From the IMG/VR virus record IMGVR_UViG_3300032116_000001, positions 1-64,000 of that record: a DNA stretch of 64,000 bases. The stretch is one strand, 5' to 3'. The translations under genes and the position numbers were made by a program. Positions 20,194 through 28,039 of this stretch are shown piece by piece. Below the pieces are notes generated by a model. That model ran no database searches. It saw nothing but the letters and a program-made list of their open reading frames with translations, and had not been told where the DNA came from. The first letter of the stretch is position 1; the number at the start of each line of letters is the position of its first letter.

Positions 20194-20240
20194 CTAAAAA
20201 ATCCCCTGTTTTTCAATAGGGGATTTGATATATCAATTGT

Positions 20241-20375
20241 GCCAAGAAGCACTTGAAGTGCAGTCTACGGATATGCCTTATTAGGGCATGTGATTACTGC
20301 GTAGGAAGGACAGGGTGTAATGAAGTACGGTCGCGACGAAAAGTTACATCGGGTTAAAATCCCAACTTGGCACCA
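20241..20375 (+). ncRNA. 135-nt tRNA-like RNA
   Basis: GCCAAG/CTTGGC-ACCA acceptor, D-like and T-like hairpins, elongated internal arms, own promoter. Confidence 0.6.
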
Positions 20376-20397
20376 AATTGAAAAATGAGAATCTAAT

Positions 20398-20698
20398 CGG
20401 GGCGTGGCGAAATGGCAGACGCAGGGGACTTATAAAATGAGCACTTGTTTGTGAAAGCTGCAAGTGAATGCAATCAAATTCGGTGAAACCTTAACAGTTA
20501 GGCTGATGGCAATACCGAGCCAAGCTAACTCAAAACAGAGTTAGAAGGTGTAGAGACTAGATGGTTGCTGCCTAAGTCGAAAGATATGGCAAAGGTATAG
20601 TCCAGACCACAAAATCCTTTGGGATCGTAGTGAAAGCTATAGTGGTATGAAAATCCCTTAGTAGCAATACTGTGTGGGTTCGAGTCCCACCGCCCCGA
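20398..20698 (+). tRNA. tRNA-Leu (TAA) interrupted by a group I intron
   Basis: Exons 20398-20431 and 20650-20698; joining them restores GGGGA-CTT^AAAA-TCCCT. Confidence 0.92.
20432..20649 (+). mobile_element. group I intron (tRNA-Leu UAA type, IC3-like), 218 nt, no ORF
   Basis: Inserted after the U of the anticodon, ends in G; P AAATTCGGTGAAA, Q AATACCGAGC, R GTAGAGACTAGATGG, S AAGGTATAGTCC. Confidence 0.9.
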
Positions 20699-20748
20699 TT
20701 AGGTTATATATTGATTACTAATGCGCTTTGTGTGCTTTTAGTATAAGA

Positions 20749-21246
20749 ATGTTTGTGTCACGTTTGCAAAAATATACCCTAGAGGAGATAAAAGAAATAA
20801 TATCTAAATCAAAATCTTATGCTGAAGTAATTCGATCTATTGGTTTAATTCCTGCTGGTGGAAATTACAAAACATTGCAAAGTTTTGTACATGAATACCG
20901 AATTGATACTTCGCATTTTCTGGGCTCAGCTTGGGGGCGAGGAAACCAATTGGATTATCTCCACAATAGCAATAGAAAATCATTAGAAGATGTTTTTTCG
21001 GGAAAAGTAGCTTATAAATCAAGCCATAAATTAAGGCTTCGGCTGATTAAAGAAGGATATTTTGAGCATAAATGCTATAAATGTGGACTAAAAGAGTGGC
21101 AAGGACACGAAATACCCTTGGAATTAGAGCATATAAATGGAGATCATTGTGATAACAGTCTCGAAAACCTCATTATTCTTTGCCCCAACTGTCATGCTCA
21201 AACAGAAACTTATGCTGGTAAAAACAAAAAAAGACGATTAGGTTAA
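20749..21246 (+). CDS. HNH homing endonuclease
   Basis: CYKCG...LELEHINGDHCDNSLENLIILCPNCH. Confidence 0.9.
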   Translation: MFVSRLQKYTLEEIKEIISKSKSYAEVIRSIGLIPAGGNYKTLQSFVHEYRIDTSHFLGSAWGRGNQLDYLHNSNRKSLEDVFSGKVAYKSSHKLRLRLIKEGYFEHKCYKCGLKEWQGHEIPLELEHINGDHCDNSLENLIILCPNCHAQTETYAGKNKKRRLG

Positions 21247-21286
21247 AAATCCCCTAAATTTTTCTTCAGATTTCGATAAATTAATT

Positions 21287-21535
21287 ATGATCGATGACAA
21301 AAGAACTTCAGAATGTGTTATTCTTCATATTGAAGTTGATGTTGAGTACCCTGAAGGAATGCATCTTGGGGTTGTTCTATCTGGTTTGCAAAACAATGCG
21401 AAAATTGCCATTACTGAACTTGATGACGATAGGGTCCAAATCACAGCAAATAGAATCACAGCAGTTGAACATTTTGTTACTGGAGAAATTTTAGAAGATT
21501 ACCAGTGGAAAAAGAAAAAAGAATCTCCTCGATAA
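21287..21535 (+). CDS. hypothetical protein
   Basis: Promoter-like motif upstream. Confidence 0.6.
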   Translation: MIDDKRTSECVILHIEVDVEYPEGMHLGVVLSGLQNNAKIAITELDDDRVQITANRITAVEHFVTGEILEDYQWKKKKESPR

Positions 21536-21539
21536 ATGT

Positions 21540-21623
21540 GCCGCAGTGGTGGAATGGTAGACACGGCAAGCTCAAACCTTGCTGCCGAAAGGCGTGAAGG
21601 TTCGAATCCTTTTTGCGGCACCA
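21540..21623 (+). tRNA. tRNA-Leu (CAA)
   Basis: Cloverleaf, GCAAG-CTCAAAC-CTTGC, CCA. Confidence 0.95.
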
Positions 21624-21691
21624 TATTTTCACATATGCATGACTATGTGAAAAATCCCCTGTTTTCTCTTTCTTGATCGGATATATAAATC

Positions 21692-22321
21692 ATGTTTAAT
21701 ATGAATGTGATTCTTTTCAAGAACAATTCTATCGAAGAAAATTATCTTTTCTCTGGTGAAAATTCTGAAGATGTTGCGAAAAAGGCAGAAAGCAAAATGA
21801 TTGAAATTCTTCGTTCAGAAATGTCTAACTTTGACGAATACACGTCGGAAGATATTGACAACATTTTGGAAGATGGATATGAATCCTTTGGAAATGGAGC
21901 GGTTTTTATTACGTGGCCTGACATTGTTGATGTTGATAAGGAGATTGATTCGGAAAATAATTTTGTTTTTCGTGGCACTATTGAATACTCCATCCCGCAC
22001 ATTGATTCAGAAGTAGTTCGCCTGTGCGCCGCACTAAATGAGCCCATTGAAGTTGGTCTACAGTGGGAATCACATTATCGCAATGGTAATGGCTACGCTG
22101 TCCGCGTTAATGCAGATATCTACTCAGTTGATGAAGAACTTGCTGCCGAGGAATTTAGTGATTATTGGGATTCAGGATGCGATGATGAAATTCGCTATTC
22201 TGGGGACTACAATTGGTCCCTTTTGGGCAAAGACTATAAAGAGGCCATCAGTATTCTCCAAAAGTATGTTGATGAGCAAAAGCGTCGTTACCCAGGCTAC
22301 GATATTAGAATTAGCAAATAA
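21692..22321 (+). CDS. hypothetical two-domain protein
   Basis: Promoter motif; C-terminal half resembles 11482..11904. Confidence 0.75.
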   Translation: MFNMNVILFKNNSIEENYLFSGENSEDVAKKAESKMIEILRSEMSNFDEYTSEDIDNILEDGYESFGNGAVFITWPDIVDVDKEIDSENNFVFRGTIEYSIPHIDSEVVRLCAALNEPIEVGLQWESHYRNGNGYAVRVNADIYSVDEELAAEEFSDYWDSGCDDEIRYSGDYNWSLLGKDYKEAISILQKYVDEQKRRYPGYDIRISK

Positions 22322-22358
22322 TCCCCTGTTTTCTCTTTCTTGATCGAATATATAAATC

Positions 22359-22781
22359 ATGACAATTGACGGAAAGTTGCTTAAAAGACTAATGTGTAGC
22401 AACGAGGCTTTTGATATTTTGGGTGACATCGTAAGTTGGAATTCTGGAGGTTGCTGGATTCTTGCCGAAGCTCTGCGCCGATTCATTGGCGATCAGGCTA
22501 CTATCGTGGCCATCGCTGATGATCGCTGCCAACACCAACATATTGTCGTGAAAGTGGGGAATTTGTATTATGACGCCGACGGAGAGTCGAACGAAGGGCG
22601 TCTGCTGCATCGCTGGATGGATTATGAACGACTCCGTAATCCTCGAATCGTAGGTTTTGATCCAGAACTGGCCGCTGATTTAGAAATTCCTTGCGAAGAA
22701 GAACTTGTAACGCAAGTCTATAACTTGCTGAACTCGCGTCTGAAAAATCCCCTTTTTTCACAATCGGGAGCGCATATATAA
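22359..22781 (+). CDS. hypothetical protein, possible papain/transglutaminase-like Cys-His-Asp fold
   Basis: GGCWILAEAL...HIVV...YYDADG. Confidence 0.55.
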   Translation: MTIDGKLLKRLMCSNEAFDILGDIVSWNSGGCWILAEALRRFIGDQATIVAIADDRCQHQHIVVKVGNLYYDADGESNEGRLLHRWMDYERLRNPRIVGFDPELAADLEIPCEEELVTQVYNLLNSRLKNPLFSQSGAHI

Positions 22782-22784
22782 ATC

Positions 22785-22991
22785 ATGGACCCATTTCTTT
22801 TTTATTCTACCTATTTTATCTTGGGACTTGGTTTTATGTTCGCATTGATGGCAATCGGAGCGCATCACTATACCAATGGCCCATCTCGTGAACAAGAACA
22901 AAAACAAAGAATCAAGTTTATTATTCTATCAGTGCTTTTAATAGCTAGTGCAATTTTTCTGGGCCGTTATGCTGCGGGTCTGCTTTTTTGA
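22785..22991 (+). CDS. small membrane protein
   Basis: Promoter motif; 2 TM. Confidence 0.7.
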   Translation: MDPFLFYSTYFILGLGFMFALMAIGAHHYTNGPSREQEQKQRIKFIILSVLLIASAIFLGRYAAGLLF

Positions 22992-23057
22992 TTTCATTCT
23001 CTTGAAATGGTTTTAAAAAATCCCCTTTTTTCAGAAAACCAAATCAATATAAAAAAT

Positions 23058-23378
23058 ATGCGAATTCGACCGCAATCCGACCCGAACAAGGAATATCTCA
23101 TCGACTTTTACTACCCGTATGGGAAGCAAGGACACAAGAAGAAGGGCACCAAGACTGTCTGCACTATCTCTGTCGGCCCTGTGGGTAGTCTCGACAAGGA
23201 CAAGACCGAAGTCTCGACCACTACCGTTCGCCGACATAGTACCGATCAGGACAATCTTGTCGTAGCTCGTAATTATGCACTGGCCAAGGCCCTATCCCCG
23301 ATTGAAGCTAGTGTCCGACAAGAGATTTGGGAACAGGCTCCGATTCGACGAGCAGACATTTCCCTGGAACTCGACTAA
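23058..23378 (+). CDS. hypothetical phage protein
   Basis: Promoter motif; followed by an inverted repeat at 23391-23426. Confidence 0.7.
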   Translation: MRIRPQSDPNKEYLIDFYYPYGKQGHKKKGTKTVCTISVGPVGSLDKDKTEVSTTTVRRHSTDQDNLVVARNYALAKALSPIEASVRQEIWEQAPIRRADISLELD

Positions 23379-23505
23379 ACTCCAAAAACATTCTCATTGA
23401 GGGAGAATTTAATCCCTCAATGAGAAAAAACAAAAAACTGCTAACAAAAAGCAGGTGATCGTCGTATAATAAGAGAAGAAACTGAAAAGCACAAAGAGCT
23501 ATATT

Positions 23506-23628
23506 ATGAATCATCTCTTATCGACGACAATATGTGGAACAACAGGAACCTCAACAAGAGGAATCCTTTCCCTTGGCGTTATCGGCAAGGATAGTGATTC
23601 TGATTCAGGAGAACCCATCGAATCGTAG
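23506..23628 (+). CDS. Gly/Ser/Thr-rich leader peptide (40 aa)
   Basis: MNHLLSTTICGTTGTSTRGILSLGVIGKDSDSDSGEPIES; run of GGA/ACA/TCA codons; upstream of a terminator and tRNA-Gly/Ser/Thr. Confidence 0.8.
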   Translation: MNHLLSTTICGTTGTSTRGILSLGVIGKDSDSDSGEPIES

Positions 23629-23689
23629 CTTTACTGTGATTACAGAACAAAGAGGCTCGATTCGATAAGATCGAGCCTCTTTTCTTTTT
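23617..23689 (+). promoter_or_regulatory. transcription attenuator (antiterminator overlapping the leader stop, plus terminator)
   Basis: 2:3 ATCGAATCG(T)AGCTTT/GAGGCTCGATTCGAT; 3:4 AAAGAGGCTCGAT/ATCGAGCCTCTTT followed by TCTTTTT. Confidence 0.8.
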
Positions 23690-23818
23690 AGATATGATGT
23701 CTGGGAAGAGAAAGATCGAATATTGAAAATTTCATACAGGTATAGATATAAAAGTGTTAGGGGGTGTTGGATCGATCTTTGATCGCAGGCCTCACCCCCT
23801 TGATCGAGACACATTTTC

Positions 23819-23892
23819 GCGAGATTGGTATATGGGTTGTGCCCTAGCCTTCCAAGCTAGAGAAAAGGGTTCGAATCCCTTATCTCGCTCCA
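23819..23892 (+). tRNA. tRNA-Gly (TCC)
   Basis: GCGAGAT/ATCTCGC-TCCA; CTAGC-CTTCCAA-GCTAG. Confidence 0.95.
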
Positions 23893-23943
23893 ATTTAAGA
23901 CACATTTCTTTGTGCTGCCAATGGGCAGCTTTCAAAAGAAAAC

Positions 23944-24030
23944 GGATGGGTGACAGAGCGATCTATTGTAGCGGTCTTGAAAACCGCCGTGCCAAAAGCA
24001 CCGTGGGTTTGAATCCCACCCCATCCTCCA
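23944..24030 (+). tRNA. tRNA-Ser (TGA)
   Basis: GGATGGG/CCCATCC-TCCA; long variable arm. Confidence 0.92.
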
Positions 24031-24128
24031 TTTTGTAACAAAATCATAAAATTCAAAGCAGGTGTAGCTCAGTGGTAGAGCGCCCGCCGCGAAGGTTGAT
24101 GGTTGCAATATCGATAAATAGATTATGT

Positions 24129-24545
24129 ATGGCAATAACAAAATACAAAGGAGCCGTCGGGCTAACTAATGTAATGGCCTGTCTTGTCAATCAAAAAGCA
24201 AAAATCTTTGTTCCAATAGACGAAGACTGTCAATATGACCTGGTGGTAGATTATCAAAATTATCTTTACAGAGTGCAAGTTAAATATGCTGAGGCAAAAA
24301 ATGGCAAGATCGTTGTAAAGACGCGCTCAACGAATAACTATTGTGAAATTCGTTATACTAAAGATCATTTTGACGTGATTGCTGTTTGGGACAATGTTGG
24401 CAAAAAAGCATATTTTATTTCATCGAATTTAATCACAGAAGGAATGACGGAAATGACCTTGAGATTAGATGCACCAAAAAACAATCAAACTAAAAACATA
24501 AGATTGGCTCGTAATTATGAGCAATTTAATGCTGCGGTCGCATAG
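24129..24545 (+). CDS. PD-(D/E)XK homing endonuclease (I-Ssp6803I/PDDEXK_5-like)
   Basis: YDLVVD...RVQVK...YTKDHFD...LRLDAPKNNQ. Confidence 0.85.
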   Translation: MAITKYKGAVGLTNVMACLVNQKAKIFVPIDEDCQYDLVVDYQNYLYRVQVKYAEAKNGKIVVKTRSTNNYCEIRYTKDHFDVIAVWDNVGKKAYFISSNLITEGMTEMTLRLDAPKNNQTKNIRLARNYEQFNAAVA

Positions 24546-24613
24546 TGGTCGATTGCACCTCTCTTGTAAAGAGGAACTCCACACCGTGGGTTCGAATCCC
24601 ACCCGTAGCTCCA
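24531..24613 (+). tRNA. tRNA-Thr (TGT)
   Basis: GCTGCGG/CCGTAGC-TCCA; CCTCT-CTTGTAA-AGAGG; overlaps the endonuclease stop. Confidence 0.9.
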
Positions 24614-24725
24614 TTTTTCGCACATATGTGTCAGGGGTTCGAATCCCCTCTCCTGCTTTGAGTTGAGTGATGATATCCGATCATAAAAAATCCCCCTTTT
24701 TCTCAATAGTGATCGGATATATAAA

Positions 24726-25325
24726 GTATTGCTGTGAGCTAAATCAATTGACACAGCATGATGAAACCAAAATCATCTAAAAACAATAAGGTGCTCCATA
24801 TACGTCTGGGAAAGATAAATTAGACGTGGACACACTGTGATGTGGACTAATCACAGCGCACTGGGGCATGTGTGCAAGCCCGAAAAGCCTATCTTTACTG
24901 ATATAGTTAAAGAGAAAGAGCAGAGAGTTAAGGCTTAAAATAAACTCCATGCGTTCGTAAGGATGAACTCAAAGACGAGTTCAGTTATGACTAGGATACG
25001 AGAGGAGGGAGGCAATGAGTTTCTCTCCTCTCCCCGACAAAGCGATTTCCGACTGCTCATCGGAGAAGTGATCTAGTAAAACACTCAGAAAAACACTAGC
25101 GTAGGAAATGCGTTAATCCCTGATTTTTTATCGGTTTTTAGAGACAAAAAACTGTTCGTATAGGGCTTGCGGTAAGCCTCTTGTTTTAGCTAGGTGATCC
25201 TGTATGTAAAAACCAAGCGGATGGAACAAATCAATTTGTTTTCGCGAGCAAATGATCCATTGACTTTGGGGAACAGCGTAAGAACGTTTCGCCATGAGGC
25301 TTTGAGCAAAGTCTCGTTCCCCAAA
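24726..25325 (+). ncRNA. large structured ncRNA (~600 nt), ROOL/GOLLD-like
   Basis: No + strand ORF of 60 aa or more, own promoter, many helices, located between tRNAs. Confidence 0.65.
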
Positions 25326-25339
25326 AATAAAAAGATTCT

Positions 25340-25416
25340 GGGTATGTAGTTCAGTTGGTTAGAGCACCTGCCTGTCACGCAGGAAGTCGCGAGTTCAAGT
25401 CTCGTCATATCCGCCA
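25340..25416 (+). tRNA. tRNA-Asp (GTC)
   Basis: Canonical cloverleaf, CCA. Confidence 0.97.
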
Positions 25417-25436
25417 AAATTTCCAAAGGAGACAAA

Positions 25437-25652
25437 ATGAATAGACAAATAGAAAGCCTCGATCATCTGGTGTCTCTTGGGCTACTGACATCATATGAGT
25501 TTGTAAACGTGTCAGCCAATAACATTGAGGGCGAGATTTCAGAACATCATAATTCTGATCGATTGAAACTCATATTCCCGAATGGGTTGGAAGTGAAGAT
25601 CACTGCGATCACAACAGGCATGGAAGAAGATGCTCTTTTGAGATTGGAATAA
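25437..25652 (+). CDS. hypothetical protein
   Basis: AAGGAG SD. Confidence 0.65.
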   Translation: MNRQIESLDHLVSLGLLTSYEFVNVSANNIEGEISEHHNSDRLKLIFPNGLEVKITAITTGMEEDALLRLE

Positions 25653-25692
25653 AAATCCCCCATTTTCAGAAGAGTGATCGGATATAAGAAGT

Positions 25693-25950
25693 ATGGAAGC
25701 AAAGATTTATCGCCAGGCTCATCCCCAGGATGAAAATCGTCTTTCTGTTGCCGCTGATATTTTTGCACGGCGGCACCGCCTTGAGATTTCTCACCACAGC
25801 GATTTGAACTACACTGATCTAACTGGGGCAAACAATTTGGCTTTCCTTTGGGAACGCGCAAAGTGCCGAGCATTACTTATGCCCTTGAAGATCAGTGAAA
25901 AGCATCAAATTTGGCTTGAGAACGACAAAATTGTTCTGACTCCTTACTGA
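25693..25950 (+). CDS. hypothetical protein
   Basis: Promoter motif upstream. Confidence 0.7.
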   Translation: MEAKIYRQAHPQDENRLSVAADIFARRHRLEISHHSDLNYTDLTGANNLAFLWERAKCRALLMPLKISEKHQIWLENDKIVLTPY

Positions 25951-26000
25951 CAATGGTCCCGCTTGGGAACACTATCGGCAAGACCAATCGTAGAACAAGT

Positions 26001-26291
26001 ATGAATAGTTCAGACAACATTCTTCAGGAACAAGAAATCGAAAGAATTCTCACGTCATTTATCCAATCGCGAAATCGACAAGAAAGAGAATGCTCATTGG
26101 AGGAATGCCAAGGGATTATTAATTGGGCAGCTGAAGTTATTGTGAATTACACAGCCTTGCAGCTTTTATTAAAAGGTCATGCGGAAATCGAAGATTTTGA
26201 TGGTGATGATGTTCGTCTCACCACTCCCGAAAACATTCAGTTTCATACTCCGCTGATGAATCAAATCGCGAGGCAAATTGAAGAACTTTAA
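26001..26291 (+). CDS. hypothetical protein
   Basis: 96-aa ORF. Confidence 0.6.
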   Translation: MNSSDNILQEQEIERILTSFIQSRNRQERECSLEECQGIINWAAEVIVNYTALQLLLKGHAEIEDFDGDDVRLTTPENIQFHTPLMNQIARQIEEL

Positions 26292-26488
26292 TAATTGATT
26301 TTCCAACGAAGCACCTTGGCAAGAGCTTTTTCTAACAGTTTTGGCTCCATGCCAAGAAGGACACGTGCCCTGAAACCACGTGTTAATGCTGAAAATATGG
26401 GGACAATCGGGAGAGACCGATAAAAAATCCCTCTTTTTTGGGGAATGAAATTCATATAAGAAATGTGAAGTGAAAGAAAAGTAAAAAG

Positions 26489-26634
26489 TTCGCCCGAATT
26501 AAATATCGGAACAATCCTTTCCTGAAGAGGTTTAGCACTAATTAGGATTAAAGACACTTGGAGTGGGAACTCTGTTTGAAAGAAGTAACATATACCCCGC
26601 AATGGTAACAGACCTACCACCGAGGCGAAAAATT
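26489..26634 (+). ncRNA. putative structured ncRNA, copy A (related to 50739..50906)
   Basis: Identical 22-nt and 19-nt end blocks shared with 50739..50906; the ends pair (TTCGCC/GGCGAA). Confidence 0.55.
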
Positions 26635-26801
26635 GCTAGATAAATGGAAATCTAGCTCAACGAGCACAGACACCTTGTAGCTAAAAGCGTCGCATGTGAG
26701 AGCCATTGCGGAAGTGGTGTGACAATCGGGAGAGACCGATAAAAAATCCCCTTTTTTCGAGGGATAAAACAATATAAAAGATATCAGTGCAGTGCGGAGT
26801 G

Positions 26802-26934
26802 ATAGCTACACGAAGCACCTGGAAAAGCTAACCAGAGACACTGTGATGCTACGGTGGTGTATAGAGCACAGCAGAACGAATTGACCTCGGTCATGCAGGG
26901 ACGCAGGAGGCGACTTCGCTCGCCCCGTAGCTAT
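26802..26934 (+). ncRNA. putative structured ncRNA upstream of the tRNA-Ser pair
   Basis: Closing helix ATAGCTAC/GTAGCTAT; internal hairpins; motif shared with 24806-24857. Confidence 0.5.
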
Positions 26935-26942
26935 AATTTTTC

Positions 26943-27030
26943 GGAGAGTAAACCAGTCAAGGATTGGGGCATCCTGGAAAGATGATCGGATGTGCGAACA
27001 TCTACGGGGCAGGTCCGTTGCTCTCCTCCA
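26943..27030 (+). tRNA. tRNA-Ser (GGA), atypical T-loop
   Basis: GGAGAGT/GCTCTCC-TCCA; CATC-CTGGAAA-GATG; long variable arm. Confidence 0.75.
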
Positions 27031-27047
27031 TTTTCATTCAAAAGAAC

Positions 27048-27133
27048 GGAACGTAATCCCGACAGGTGCTGGGCGATGTTTGCTAAACAATCGGCTTTGT
27101 AAAAGAAGTGGGGTTCGAGTCCTCTGCGTTCCT
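27048..27133 (+). tRNA. tRNA-Ser (GCT)
   Basis: GGAACGT/GCGTTCC; anticodon loop TTGCTAA; GGTTCGAGTCC; no encoded CCA. Confidence 0.75.
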
Positions 27134-27178
27134 AAAAAAATCCCCCTTTCTTTTTGTTCCTGGAGTGATATATAAAAC

Positions 27179-27379
27179 ATGAAAGATTTTGAAGACGTGG
27201 TTTTTGGAAGTTCCGATGAATGGAATGGGGCAGCTGGTATTGTGCCTGAGGACAAGTTTTACGTTTCTTATCCCGATTGTTCCATTCAGATTTGCGACAC
27301 CGAAGGAGAGTGTGCGGCAATTCAAAGAGAATTCCGTGTTATGCACCGCCGAAACCCGATCACTGGCGAAGCAACTTAA
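27179..27379 (+). CDS. hypothetical protein
   Basis: Promoter motif upstream. Confidence 0.7.
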   Translation: MKDFEDVVFGSSDEWNGAAGIVPEDKFYVSYPDCSIQICDTEGECAAIQREFRVMHRRNPITGEAT

Positions 27380-27419
27380 AAATCCCCTTTCTTTCGTGGC
27401 CTAATCGGATATATAAGAT

Positions 27420-27602
27420 ATGGAACGAGACTACCAAGTTGATATTAGTGCCACGGCTGTGGTGCGAACCTGTGTTGAAGTTCGGGCTTCCAGCCCCGAA
27501 GAGGCCGTAGGCTTGGCCATCGAAGTTGCTGAAAGCGGCAACGTGATCTGGAAGTATGACGGCGTAAACGATGGGACTATGATCGTTTTTAACGTGGAAT
27601 AA
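27420..27602 (+). CDS. small hypothetical protein (VxAxSxEEA motif)
   Basis: Promoter motif; VEVRASSPEEAV. Confidence 0.7.
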   Translation: MERDYQVDISATAVVRTCVEVRASSPEEAVGLAIEVAESGNVIWKYDGVNDGTMIVFNVE

Positions 27603-27643
27603 AAAATCCCCTTTTTGTTCACAAGCAAAATCATATAAAAGAC

Positions 27644-27994
27644 ATGGGAAACACATCTTACAAACCCACGCTCGGATTCTATATCACTTTTGGTATTTTG
27701 AATCTTGTCACTTCGATTTTTTCAGGCTACGCCGTCTCGACTCTCTGGGAATGGTTTGTTGTTCCCCTTGGGGTTCCTAGCATCGGGCTTTTTCATGCGA
27801 TTGGGCTCGTTGTCTTGGGGACTGTGTTCACGATGGGAATCACCCAAGTTCTTGCGATTCTTAACATGAACACTAGCGAGAATGTTTCACCAGAAGAGAG
27901 TTACACTCGTTTGAATGTTGTCCTCGGGTTTGTTGGCATTATGCTTCCCGCAATTGCTCTTGGCTCGGGATACATCTGCAAGATTTTGATGTAA
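27644..27994 (+). CDS. membrane protein, paralog of 28819..29187
   Basis: LWxWFxxPxG...xFxAI shared; 3 TM. Confidence 0.75.
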   Translation: MGNTSYKPTLGFYITFGILNLVTSIFSGYAVSTLWEWFVVPLGVPSIGLFHAIGLVVLGTVFTMGITQVLAILNMNTSENVSPEESYTRLNVVLGFVGIMLPAIALGSGYICKILM

Positions 27995-28039
27995 AACATT
28001 ATCCAGGGGGAGTAATTCCCCCTGGAAGCGAGCATAAAC

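Larger units (their letters stand above)
24058..24657 (+). pseudogene. split tRNA: 5' half 24058-~24095, 3' half ~24614-24657, enclosing an endonuclease gene and tRNA-Thr
   Basis: GCAGGTGTAGCTCAGTGGTAGAGC ... GTCAGGGGTTCGAATCCCCTCTCCTGCT; the acceptor halves pair. Confidence 0.7.

Noticed and set aside
17920-24030. Suppressor/selenocysteine tRNAs or genetic-code reassignment suggested by TAG/TGA/TAA anticodons
   Set aside because: Read 5'->3', these anticodons decode CTA (Leu), TCA (Ser) and TTA (Leu). Long genes are intact under code 11 and all three stops are used.
24096-24530. Group I intron hosting the PD-(D/E)XK ORF
   Set aside because: No P/Q/R/S core is visible and there is no non-coding space for it; joining the halves does not give a clean anticodon stem.
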